This document shows positions 30,574 to 40,161 of a stretch of 64,000 nucleotides of DNA, piece by piece. The stretch spans positions 2,443 to 66,442 of the forward strand of contig CANQGB010000001.1 of the NCBI GenBank assembly GCA_947600335.1. The letters run 5' to 3'. Position 1 is the stretch's first letter; each line of letters starts with the position of its first letter. The translations under genes were made by a program, and so were the position numbers. The DNA comes from an uncultured Bacilli bacterium. GTDB taxonomy: Bacteria; Bacillota_I; Bacilli_A; RF39; UBA660. The notes under the pieces were generated by a model. The model saw only the letters and a list, made by a program, of their open reading frames with translations, did not search any database and was not told the origin of the DNA.

Positions 30574-31629
30574 ATGAAAAAAAGAAATTCTTCAATAGAA
30601 TTATTGAAAATCATCGCAATTATATTAATTATTATTCAGCATAGTTGTCCCGTTTATGGAAATGTATCTGGGGGGGGGTATATTAATATAAAATATGCCA
30701 CTACAAATATTCAACAATTAATAATTAGTATTTTATCTTGTTTAGGAGAAATTGGAAATATTATATTTATAATGTGTTCTTCATGGTTTCTACTTGAAAA
30801 AAATAAAATAAATAGAAAAAAATTAATTCAAATAATATTAAATAGTTTAATAATTTCAATATTATATTTAGTCATTTTATCATTATTTGGTTTCCATTTT
30901 AATAAAGTATTAATTATCAAACAATTTTTGCCAATAACAATGAAAAATAATTGGTTTATAGGATGTTATTTATTATTTTATATGCTCACCCCATATTTAA
31001 ACATTATTATAAAAAATATTGATAAAAAAAATTTGCAAAATATTAACATAGTTTTATTTATTTTGTATAGTGGATTTTACTTTGTTTTAGGCAATAATGC
31101 GTACTATTTTAATGAATTAATTGGATTTATCTATATTTACTTAATAGTGGCATATGTAAAAATGTATATGTTAGATTTTCAAAAAAACATAAGTTTAAAT
31201 AAAAAATTATTAATATTCAGTTTAATCGGTTTTATAGGTTCTATGTTACTTACAAATTATATTGGATTATCTATTCCTTTATTATCTTCTAAATTAATGC
31301 ATTGGAATAAATTAACAAATCCATTTTATCTTTTATTTAGCATAAGTTTGCTAAACATATTTAAAAATAGAAATTTTTACAATAAAACTATTAATTATAT
31401 TTCATCATTATCATTAATAATATATTTAATACATGAAAACATTCTTTTTCGAGATTATATCAGACCAATATTTTATAATAGTGTGTTTAAATACCAAAAA
31501 TATATATTATGGATTTTTATTGAAATTATATTATTGATATTGTATTCATTAATACTATCAATTATCTATAATAAAACAGTTCAAAAATTTTTAAATTATA
31601 TAATTGAAAAAAAATTAAAATTTGAATAA
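30574..31629 (+). CDS. acyltransferase family 3 (O-acetyltransferase) membrane protein; contains an in-frame G9 tract
   Basis: Polytopic, with the acyltransferase-3 N-terminal pattern (LKIIAIILIIIQHS). G9 at 30670-30678 encodes GGG. Confidence 0.6.
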   Translation: MKKRNSSIELLKIIAIILIIIQHSCPVYGNVSGGGYINIKYATTNIQQLIISILSCLGEIGNIIFIMCSSWFLLEKNKINRKKLIQIILNSLIISILYLVILSLFGFHFNKVLIIKQFLPITMKNNWFIGCYLLFYMLTPYLNIIIKNIDKKNLQNINIVLFILYSGFYFVLGNNAYYFNELIGFIYIYLIVAYVKMYMLDFQKNISLNKKLLIFSLIGFIGSMLLTNYIGLSIPLLSSKLMHWNKLTNPFYLLFSISLLNIFKNRNFYNKTINYISSLSLIIYLIHENILFRDYIRPIFYNSVFKYQKYILWIFIEIILLILYSLILSIIYNKTVQKFLNYIIEKKLKFE

Positions 31630-31705
31630 ATTTAAGTTTCATTTTAGCACTTTAAATATATTATTAATTTTTGATGAAAAATATTATTTATTTGGAGGTT
31701 ATAAA

Positions 31706-32599
31706 ATGTATAATATTGGAGTTATCATATTAAACTATTTAGCATATCAAGCAACAATGGATACAATTGCTTCATTTAAAAAACAAAAAACTAAGGGAAT
31801 GAATGTAAAATATGTTATTGTTGATAATTGCTCAAATAATAATTCTTATTTAGAATTAAAGAAGAAATATAAAAATTGTGAAGATATTATTGTTGTTAAA
31901 GCAGATAAAAATTTAGGCTTTGCAAATGGGAATAATTTAGGTTATAAAACATTATTAAAATTTATGAATCCTGATTTTGTAATTATATCTAATGATGATA
32001 TTTTAATTGAAAATAATTCGTTATTTACATGGCTTATTGAGTGTTTTGATAAATATCATTATGCTGTCTTAGGACCTGACATTTATTCTATTAATGGAAA
32101 ATTTCATCAAAGTCCAGTTATTCCAAACGATACGAATGTATTAAAATGTTATAAGCAACTTATTCGCTATAAAATGAGTAAAATAAAAGGCCAAATAAGA
32201 AAATTATTGAATCAGCCTTCTCCATATGTTGGCTATCCATCATGGGATAATCGATATTATAAAGAATTTCATAATGATATGGCATTACATGGCTCATTTC
32301 AAATTTTCTCAAAATTATATTTTGATGTCTATTCAGAGCCTTATGATCCTTCAACATTTTTATATATGGAAGAAGATATATTGTTTTTACGGTGTAAAAT
32401 GTCTGTGGGGGGGGGGTTAAAAATGGTATATGATCCGAGTTTTCAAATTAAACATTTGCAAGCTGTTTCAACTAATATGATAAACTCAACTAACTATGAT
32501 AAAGAAATTTTTAGAAAAACACAATTGATTAAATCTATGAATATATATATTCATGTTTTAAAAAAAATGAAAAAAGAAGCATCTTGCAAATTTAAATAA
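31706..32599 (+). CDS. glycosyltransferase family 2; contains an in-frame G10 tract
   Basis: N-terminal IGVIILNY..VDNCSNN GT-A motif. RBS TGGAGG upstream of the ATG at 31706. G10 at 32407-32416. Confidence 0.6.
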   Translation: MYNIGVIILNYLAYQATMDTIASFKKQKTKGMNVKYVIVDNCSNNNSYLELKKKYKNCEDIIVVKADKNLGFANGNNLGYKTLLKFMNPDFVIISNDDILIENNSLFTWLIECFDKYHYAVLGPDIYSINGKFHQSPVIPNDTNVLKCYKQLIRYKMSKIKGQIRKLLNQPSPYVGYPSWDNRYYKEFHNDMALHGSFQIFSKLYFDVYSEPYDPSTFLYMEEDILFLRCKMSVGGGLKMVYDPSFQIKHLQAVSTNMINSTNYDKEIFRKTQLIKSMNIYIHVLKKMKKEASCKFK

Positions 32600-32629
32600 T
32601 TAAAAAAATAAAATATAATAAATGTAGAT

Positions 32630-34090
32630 ATGGTGGGAATAATGAAACAAAAATCAATTAAATTAAATTCTATTTTTAATATTTTAAGACAAGTATGTGC
32701 AATGTTATTTCCTATAATTACTTTTCCATATGTTTCTAGAATATTACAATCTGAAAATTATGGAAAAGTTAATTTTGTAAATTCAGTAGTTAGTTATTTT
32801 ATATTACTTGCAAGTTTAGGAATCAATAGTTATGCAATTCGTGAAGGTTCACCGTTAAGGAAGAATAAACAACAATTTCAAGAATTTGCTAATCAAATAT
32901 TTACAATAAACATGCTTTCAACTCTAATATCATATATTTTGCTGATATTATTATTTTTATTTTGGAAAAAGCTTAATTCATATGGGAGTCTTGTTTTAAT
33001 ATTAAGTTTAACAATAATTTCTTGGAATATTGGAGTAGAATGGCTATATTCAATTTATGAAGATTTTGGATATATAACATTTCGAAGTATTGTAGTACAA
33101 ATTATATCATTAGTATTATTATTTGTTTTTGTTAGATCAAAGGATGATTATTTAATTTATGCAGCTATTTTAGTATTATCAACTGGTGGAGCTAATTTAT
33201 TTAATTTTATTCATGCAAAAAAATACATACGTCTTCATATTACTAAAAGCCCAAATATAAAAAGACATATTATTCCAATGTTAATCTTATTTTGCAATTC
33301 TTTAATGACAACAATTTATGTAAATTCAGATATTACGATTCTTGGCATACTTCGTAATGATATTGAAGTTGGAGAATATAGTGTTGCTGTTAGAATATAT
33401 TCAATAATTAAAAGTATTCTTAATGCTATGTTAGTTGTTACACTACCAAGACTTTCTTTTTATGTAAATACTGGTGATAAGGAACATTATGACATTCTTT
33501 CTAAAAAAACTTTAAAATCATTATTAATAATTGTTTTTCCAGCAGTAGTAGGCCTTCTTATGGTAAGCCCTGATATTGTTTTAATATTAGTAGGGAATAA
33601 TTACTCTAATGTAATATTACCATTACGTTTATTAAGTATTGCTCTTGCTTTTACACTAATTGGTTCGTTTTTTGTTTCTGCGGTTTTAATACCACACAAA
33701 AAGGAAAAATTAGTTTTATATTGTACTATTGTCAGTGCAGTTATTAATTTAATTCTTAATTTTATTTTAATTCCTAAATTTGGGATGGTAAGTGCTGCAA
33801 TTACTACTATTATCGCTGAGTGTATTGTTATGATAATGGCAATATGCTTTTCAAGAGGTATTTTTTCATTTAAGGGATATAAGAAAAATATTATTGAAAT
33901 TTTAATTGGAATAGTTTTAATAGTAATTATATGTATACTAGTTGATTTAATTCATGCTAATGTATTTATTGATTTAATTATGAAAATTGTTTTTTCTTGT
34001 ATTTTTTATGGAATGGTATTATTGTTTACCAAAAATGAAATTTTCTATGAATTGAGTAATGAAATTAAAAAAAAATTTTTAAAGAGGTAG
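32630..34090 (+). CDS. Wzx-type polysaccharide flippase (MOP superfamily)
   Basis: Twelve or more transmembrane helices. N-terminal ILRQVCAMLFPIITFPYVSRIL matches the polysaccharide biosynthesis protein family pattern. Confidence 0.65.
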   Translation: MVGIMKQKSIKLNSIFNILRQVCAMLFPIITFPYVSRILQSENYGKVNFVNSVVSYFILLASLGINSYAIREGSPLRKNKQQFQEFANQIFTINMLSTLISYILLILLFLFWKKLNSYGSLVLILSLTIISWNIGVEWLYSIYEDFGYITFRSIVVQIISLVLLFVFVRSKDDYLIYAAILVLSTGGANLFNFIHAKKYIRLHITKSPNIKRHIIPMLILFCNSLMTTIYVNSDITILGILRNDIEVGEYSVAVRIYSIIKSILNAMLVVTLPRLSFYVNTGDKEHYDILSKKTLKSLLIIVFPAVVGLLMVSPDIVLILVGNNYSNVILPLRLLSIALAFTLIGSFFVSAVLIPHKKEKLVLYCTIVSAVINLILNFILIPKFGMVSAAITTIIAECIVMIMAICFSRGIFSFKGYKKNIIEILIGIVLIVIICILVDLIHANVFIDLIMKIVFSCIFYGMVLLFTKNEIFYELSNEIKKKFLKR

Positions 34091-34096
34091 TTTTAT

Positions 34097-35182
34097 ATGA
34101 TAGAAAATAATAAAAAAAGAATGTCCTTTCTTGATATAGCTAGAGGTATAGCTATAATTCTTATGGTATGTGGACATTGTGAAACATCCGGGGGGGGGGT
34201 TATTGAAAAATTTGTTAATTTATTTAGTATGTCCGTTTTTATTTTTATAAGTGGATATTTATTTAAAGATAAAAAATTTAATAATATTAGAGAACTTTTT
34301 AAATATATAGTTCATAAAGCAAAAAAATTATATTTATTTTATTTAAAATATGAATTACTATTTTTGGCATTGACAAACATATTCTTTAAAATTGGATTTT
34401 ATAGTTCAGAAATAAGTTATAGTGGTAAATTTATTTACCCAATAAATTCATTAAAAATAGTATTACAAAAAATTATTGAAATAGTTTTAGGCATGGGTAG
34501 AGAACCTTTTTGTGGAGCATTTTGGTTTATAATTTCTTTAATATTTATAATTTTTGGTTATTCAATTATACAATATATAAGTTATAAGCAAAATATTCTG
34601 AATAAAAAATTATGTGAAAAAATTGCAGTTATTATATGTTTCATAATTGGATGCCTAATGCAAGCAACTATAAATATACCAAGGGTTGCTCCAGCTTTTA
34701 CTTTAATGTTAGTCTATGATTTAGGAAATGAAGCATATATCAATAGAGAAAAAATTAAATTTAATAATTACATTTTAATGATTATTTGCTTTATTTTATT
34801 ATTAATCTTAAATAATTTTGGTAAAATTAGTATGAACAGTAATGAATTTACAAATCCGCTATACTTTATTATTTGTTCTTTAGCTGGAATATATTTTGTA
34901 ATTGCCATTTCAAATTTTATATTGGAAAAAACAAATAAAATAGCCAAAGTTTTAGAATATATTGGGAGAATAACTCTTGAAATAATGGCATGGCATTTTA
35001 TCGGTTTTAAAATTGCCATGTTGATACAACTTATATTTAAACATGTCGCATTTCCAGATTTAGCATACTTAAAAGGATACAATAATTCAAATTTATGGTA
35101 TTTTGTTTATATAATGTGTGGAATTGGATTACCAGTTATGATATCAAGTATCAAAAAAAAACTAGCTTCAAAAACTTGTTAA
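34097..35182 (+). CDS. acyltransferase family 3 membrane protein; contains an in-frame G10 tract
   Basis: Polytopic. N-terminal LDIARGIAIILMVCGH. G10 at 34190-34199 encodes GGG(V). Confidence 0.55.
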   Translation: MIENNKKRMSFLDIARGIAIILMVCGHCETSGGGVIEKFVNLFSMSVFIFISGYLFKDKKFNNIRELFKYIVHKAKKLYLFYLKYELLFLALTNIFFKIGFYSSEISYSGKFIYPINSLKIVLQKIIEIVLGMGREPFCGAFWFIISLIFIIFGYSIIQYISYKQNILNKKLCEKIAVIICFIIGCLMQATINIPRVAPAFTLMLVYDLGNEAYINREKIKFNNYILMIICFILLLILNNFGKISMNSNEFTNPLYFIICSLAGIYFVIAISNFILEKTNKIAKVLEYIGRITLEIMAWHFIGFKIAMLIQLIFKHVAFPDLAYLKGYNNSNLWYFVYIMCGIGLPVMISSIKKKLASKTC

Positions 35183-35479
35183 TATTTTAGAAATTATATC
35201 ATAAATTACAGTATTGAAAAATTGCAATTCTTATGTTAATTATTATATACAATATTAATCGTGAAATAAAAAGTTAAATTCTAGTTTTTAAAGAAAGAAA
35301 AAAATGAACAAGAAAGTTCCAAAAAAGGGACTTTTTTTGCTAGATGTAGAAAAAGAAAAAATAAGATATAATATATTTATCCAGTAAAAAATTTTATTGC
35401 ATACAAAAGGACAACAGAAAGCTGGATTTAAAAAAATATAAAAATAAATTTCTGTTGAGAATAAGTGCAAAAAATTATT

Positions 35480-35990
35480 TTAATGGATGCTTCTATAAAT
35501 ATATTTACTACTTTTTAGTTTTGTAAATATTTTAAGAGATAATGTTTTAGAATAACATTACCTATGTCAATTTTATTAACTCCAATTATAAGGAGTCTTG
35601 CCATTTAAAGACTCACGAAGAGTATAATTGATATGATCACAATAGAAAATATTTAATCTCATTTCTCCGGTATTTGGGTTCAAGTATAAGTTGAAAATCA
35701 TGTAAAGAATTAGACATAGCTTCAGATGTTTTTTTGATTTAATTTACCAAGCATTAAAGAAATATCTTCAAAATAAAAAGTTTGAATATAAGGATCAGAA
35801 TAAGAATTAAAACGGTATCCATTTCAGTAGTTTTAACTTTGGTTTATCTAATTTAAATTTTTCATAGTCTTTGAAATTATGTCTATCATAGTTTAAAGGA
35901 TCTTTCTTTTTTTTATATTTGTTTTTAAAATCTTTTCTTTTAAAGAAAGATTAATTAGTCTTCATTTCTAAAAACACCTTCATTAATATA
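35480..35990 (-). pseudogene. degenerate transposase/integrase remnant (fragmented frames)
   Basis: The minus-strand frame around 35590-35640 encodes a GKTPYNW-like peptide reminiscent of rve-type integrase core motifs. No intact ORF. The interval is about 900 bp of non-coding sequence between acyltransferase genes. Confidence 0.25.
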
Positions 35991-36022
35991 ATGATATAAG
36001 CTACTAAAAAGGATGTTTGTAG

Positions 36023-36051
36023 TTGACAAAGTCTGGGGGGGGGGTTATAAT
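36023..36051 (+). promoter_or_regulatory. sigma-A promoter whose 17-nt spacer contains a G10 homopolymer (candidate phase-variable promoter)
   Basis: TTGACA at 36023-36028, spacer aagtctGGGGGGGGGGt, TATAAT at 36046-36051. The ATG of the downstream gene lies 29 nt further on. Confidence 0.6.
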
Positions 36052-36080
36052 TACTTTAATCTTTTAAAGGATGATTAAGT

Positions 36081-37196
36081 ATGACCAAAAGTAAAAGAAA
36101 TTCCACTCTAGAAATATTAAGAATTATATCTATGCTTCTGATTATTATGCATCACTATTCTGTACATGGTTTTGAATTAATGAATTTACCACTTGCTTTA
36201 AATAAATTTATTGTTGGTTTTCTTTCATTAGGGGGAAAATTAGGAGTATCATGTTTTATTTTAATATCAGGATATTACATGATTGATTCTAAATTTACAT
36301 TGCAAAAGTTTTTAAAATTAGTTGGGGAAATATGGTTTTATTCAATTTCAATGTTAATTTTATTTTTAACAGTATTGAATCCTGTTGAGCTTAATATGAA
36401 ATTGATAATATCCAGTATTTTTCCTTTATTATCTAGTTTTTATTGGTTTATGACCGCCTATGTTTTGCTAATGATTCTTAGTCCTATTTTAAATTTAATA
36501 ATTAATAATATAGGTAAATGTTTACATGAAAATCTAATTATTTTTTCTATATTAATATGGTCATTTTTACACAATTTTTTAAATTTTGAACTTTATTATA
36601 ATGATTTTATATGGTTTATAGTTCTTTATTTTATAGCAGGTTATTTAAAGAAATATCCAAAAAGAAAAACAAAAAAACATTTTCTTAAAGCTTTTATATC
36701 GTATTTAATAATTATAATTAGTGATATTTTATTAATATATATTGGTAGTAAATATAATATAAATTATCTAGTGGAAAAAAGTGCTCATTTTTCAGAATTA
36801 AATAGCCCATTTATTTTATTTTCTTCTATTGAATTGTTTTTAGGTTTTTCTAATTCAAAGCCATTTAATAATAAAATAGTAAACAATGTAGCTAGCACAA
36901 CACTTGGTATATACCTTATTCATGATAATAGAATAATGCGTCCTTTTTTATGGAATACAATATTTAATAATTCCAAAATGTTTTTTTCCAATTTTTTATT
37001 ATTGCATTCTATTTTTTCTGTTTTAATTGTATTTATTTTTTGCATGATAATCGATTTAATTCGGCAAAATACAATTGAAAAATTATATTTAAAAATTTTA
37101 AATAAGTTTTTAATAAAGATTAAATTATTTTTAGAAAAAATTATTTTAAAAATAAAAAATTTATTTTTTGCAAATAAACTTACTAACCAAAATTAA
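36081..37196 (+). CDS. acyltransferase family 3 membrane protein
   Basis: Polytopic. N-terminal LEILRIISMLLIIMHHYSVH is the acyltransferase-3 pattern. Confidence 0.6.
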   Translation: MTKSKRNSTLEILRIISMLLIIMHHYSVHGFELMNLPLALNKFIVGFLSLGGKLGVSCFILISGYYMIDSKFTLQKFLKLVGEIWFYSISMLILFLTVLNPVELNMKLIISSIFPLLSSFYWFMTAYVLLMILSPILNLIINNIGKCLHENLIIFSILIWSFLHNFLNFELYYNDFIWFIVLYFIAGYLKKYPKRKTKKHFLKAFISYLIIIISDILLIYIGSKYNINYLVEKSAHFSELNSPFILFSSIELFLGFSNSKPFNNKIVNNVASTTLGIYLIHDNRIMRPFLWNTIFNNSKMFFSNFLLLHSIFSVLIVFIFCMIIDLIRQNTIEKLYLKILNKFLIKIKLFLEKIILKIKNLFFANKLTNQN

Positions 37197-37423
37197 TATT
37201 TTTTTTAATTATTAAAATTAATATCTTTAGACTGCCGAAATCAGACCTATTAATAGGCCATTTTTTAATTATATAACTGAATAGCTAGAAAAATGTGAAA
37301 TCATCTAATAATTTAATATTTTACGAAAATGTGATAAAATAGCATAATTTTCAAGCAAAAGTGTGATAATTCTATTAAAATTCTCTGCAAAAGTGTGATT
37401 TAATATAATCAAAAGGTGATAAA

Positions 37424-38353
37424 ATGAAAAGATTTATAACTGCCAAATTGATTGAATGGAAAAATAGCCAAGATAGGAAAAATCTCATTTTAAAAGGAAC
37501 AAGGCAAGTAGGGAAAACTTATATTTTACAAGAATTTGGTAAAAATAATTATGATAAAGAAATACCTAAATTATTTGAATCTATGCTTATCGAAAAATTA
37601 AAGGCTTACTATATTGTTGAAGGTATGTCTGAAGGTGTTTATAGTTGGGTTAATAATAAGGATATAGAAAAAGTTAATAAACTTCAACAAAACATTTTAG
37701 ATACTTATGAAGCTGATTTTTCTAAGCATGTGGATACAAATGAAGCCAATAAAATATCGTTAATCTGGAATGGAATACCTTCCCAATTAGCTAGAGAAAA
37801 TAAAAAATTCGTTTATCAATTAGTTAAAGAAGGAGCTCGAGCTCGAGAATATGAAAATGCTCTAAACTGGTTAAAAGATAGTAACTTAATTTCTAAATGT
37901 TTTTTAGTTAATAAATGTGCTTTCCCTTTAAAAGCTTATAATGATTTATCAGCCTATAAAATATATATGCTAGATGTTGGACTTCTAAGAAAGATGGCTA
38001 ATTTAGATAGTAGCATTATTTTAGAAAGCAATAAATTATTTGAAGAGTTTAAGGGTTCTTTTACTGAAAATTACGTAGTAAATGTTTTAAATTATTTATT
38101 TAATTCTTCGCCAAATTATTATACATTTGATCGAAATGAAATTGATTTTGTTATTCAAATAAAAAATAAAATTATCCCTATTGAAATAAAGTCTAATAAA
38201 AGCACTAACCACAATAGTTTAACTAAATATAATGCTAATAATGACAATGAGTTATCATTTAGATTTTCTTTAAACAATTTGAGTAAAGATGGAAAAATTA
38301 TAAATATCCCATTGTATTTCATTGAATATATTTGTAATCTTAATATTTATTAA
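37424..38353 (+). CDS. AAA_14/DUF4143-family ATPase paralog, apparently internally deleted (Walker A retained, Walker B region missing)
   Basis: GTRQVGKTY Walker A is followed directly by the DUF4143-like C-terminal part. Full-length paralogs lie at 44212 and 58832. Confidence 0.45.
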   Translation: MKRFITAKLIEWKNSQDRKNLILKGTRQVGKTYILQEFGKNNYDKEIPKLFESMLIEKLKAYYIVEGMSEGVYSWVNNKDIEKVNKLQQNILDTYEADFSKHVDTNEANKISLIWNGIPSQLARENKKFVYQLVKEGARAREYENALNWLKDSNLISKCFLVNKCAFPLKAYNDLSAYKIYMLDVGLLRKMANLDSSIILESNKLFEEFKGSFTENYVVNVLNYLFNSSPNYYTFDRNEIDFVIQIKNKIIPIEIKSNKSTNHNSLTKYNANNDNELSFRFSLNNLSKDGKIINIPLYFIEYICNLNIY

Positions 38354-38564
38354 AAATAACTAATATAGACAAAAGTTATTCCAGTACACTGGAATAACTT
38401 TTGAAATTAAACAAATATATTATTATAGTATACAAAGTCAATTGGATATATCTAGCACAACTAAAAAATTATATGTCTAAATAACTTGTTTTTAATCCCC
38501 AAAAATATTATAATCATAGCAAACACATGGAAATAAACTCGAAAAATTTAGAAAGTAGGATTAT

Positions 38565-40124
38565 ATGTTAAGTCGGAAAATGTTTGAACGCATCAATTGG
38601 TATAAAAAAGAATATATTCATGATTATTATTCGCGAATCATCATAGATTTTAAGGACTATGAAAAAATATCTCGTACCAAAATGCTTGAAGAAGTATATA
38701 AGGTTTATGATAACCCGGAAAATATTTTAGATATATGTACTTTCAAAGAATTAAAGTACTTACAAATGATAATTGAAAACTCCAAACCAATGCCTGAATT
38801 GTTAGACTCTAAATATGATTGGGAAAGAGATATGCTTCATAAAAAATTTTTAATTCAAGATGATTTTAAGGTTGTGTTTATTCCTGATGAAATAATAGAT
38901 CAAGTAAAGAAAGCTTTAGCCATAGTTGATTGGTCTAAAGTCAAAAAAGCAGACGAAATAAATGAAATAGCGGTTAGCTATTGCAAAATGTTAGGTTCAA
39001 CTATATTTTATCAAGTATGCACCATTACCTCTAGTATTACTGGAATTAATGACGAAGAAGTCTTTAATCATTTAAATCATAATCGGCTTTTTAAATTTTA
39101 TGTATATGTCTATAATAAAGATTTCCAACATCTAAATCAAACTCTGCCTGTTGCTTTATATAATGATTATTATACTATCGGTAATGAAATTGAAACTGAA
39201 AGAAAAAAGCAAGGCATTAAAGCGGTGCCTTCTCTTGATGTAGAATTTTTAAAGAGATATTTTTATAATGACTTTGATATAAAAAATCCTAAAATTGCTA
39301 AATTTATCAAAGAAATAAAAAAGCTTCCTATATTATGGCACGATGCTTTGCGTATTGTTAGAGAATATGCCATCTTAAATATCGATAGAACTCCCTTAAA
39401 ACAATCTTTTAAAGATGTACCTAGTTTACAAAAACATAATTTAACTTCTTTTTTTCATACTTTAGATGAAGCTATGGATGAAATGCCATCAGGTGCTTTA
39501 AATGGCTTAACACCTAACCAAGCTAAAAATTATCGAATGGAACAAGAACAAATAAAGCATGACAAAGAACAAAACTATATTAAACAACAAAATGCTTGCT
39601 TATCGAAAAAAGATGCCGACTTATTTTATAAAATCTATTTTGCTTTATTAGAATTTACAAATAAAAAATTTCAAATTAAAAAAGATTTAAAAATATATCA
39701 ACAAAATCACCTTAATCCTCATGATTTAACTAATATTATTGCAAAATTTTGGGAAAATAAAGAAACTTTAACCCAAGAATTTTGTCAAACTAATCCTTAT
39801 AAATTTAATTCTGAAGAATTAGATATTACCTCAAATTTTCAAAAAGGTTTCAGAGGACATTTTATCGTTGTCAAATTTGAAGAAGAATATACTGCTGTAA
39901 TGGATAAAGATAAAACTTATATGATTAAAGGGATAAACGATAATATTGATAACATTCTTTCGTATCAAAACCTCCCTGTAGTTGTTACAACATCTATTAT
40001 TCCTTTTAAAAATTTTTTAATCTATGATGGAATTTTTTACGAATTTAGTATAAGTCTCGGTTCTAATTTTACTAATATGATTAACCAAGATTTTCAAAAA
40101 TCTTTAAAATATTATCATCTTTAA
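38565..40124 (+). CDS. hypothetical 519-aa protein, no recognisable domain
   Basis: Intact ORF, immediately upstream of and co-oriented with the helicase gene. Confidence 0.4.
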   Translation: MLSRKMFERINWYKKEYIHDYYSRIIIDFKDYEKISRTKMLEEVYKVYDNPENILDICTFKELKYLQMIIENSKPMPELLDSKYDWERDMLHKKFLIQDDFKVVFIPDEIIDQVKKALAIVDWSKVKKADEINEIAVSYCKMLGSTIFYQVCTITSSITGINDEEVFNHLNHNRLFKFYVYVYNKDFQHLNQTLPVALYNDYYTIGNEIETERKKQGIKAVPSLDVEFLKRYFYNDFDIKNPKIAKFIKEIKKLPILWHDALRIVREYAILNIDRTPLKQSFKDVPSLQKHNLTSFFHTLDEAMDEMPSGALNGLTPNQAKNYRMEQEQIKHDKEQNYIKQQNACLSKKDADLFYKIYFALLEFTNKKFQIKKDLKIYQQNHLNPHDLTNIIAKFWENKETLTQEFCQTNPYKFNSEELDITSNFQKGFRGHFIVVKFEEEYTAVMDKDKTYMIKGINDNIDNILSYQNLPVVVTTSIIPFKNFLIYDGIFYEFSISLGSNFTNMINQDFQKSLKYYHL

Positions 40125-40161
40125 TATAGAGAAAATAAAAAGGAAGTAGGTTGTTACATTA

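Noticed and set aside
31622-31705. Upstream extensions of several ORF-track genes (31622, 12146, 10634, 1195, 61269, 44197)
   Set aside because: In-frame internal ATG codons preceded by good Shine-Dalgarno sequences give starts that match family N-termini. The longer versions begin inside an RBS or in the preceding gene.
35288-35470. 60-aa minus-strand ORF in the 900 bp gap
   Set aside because: AT-rich low-complexity translation with no RBS. The region is better interpreted as a degenerate non-coding or IS-remnant interval.
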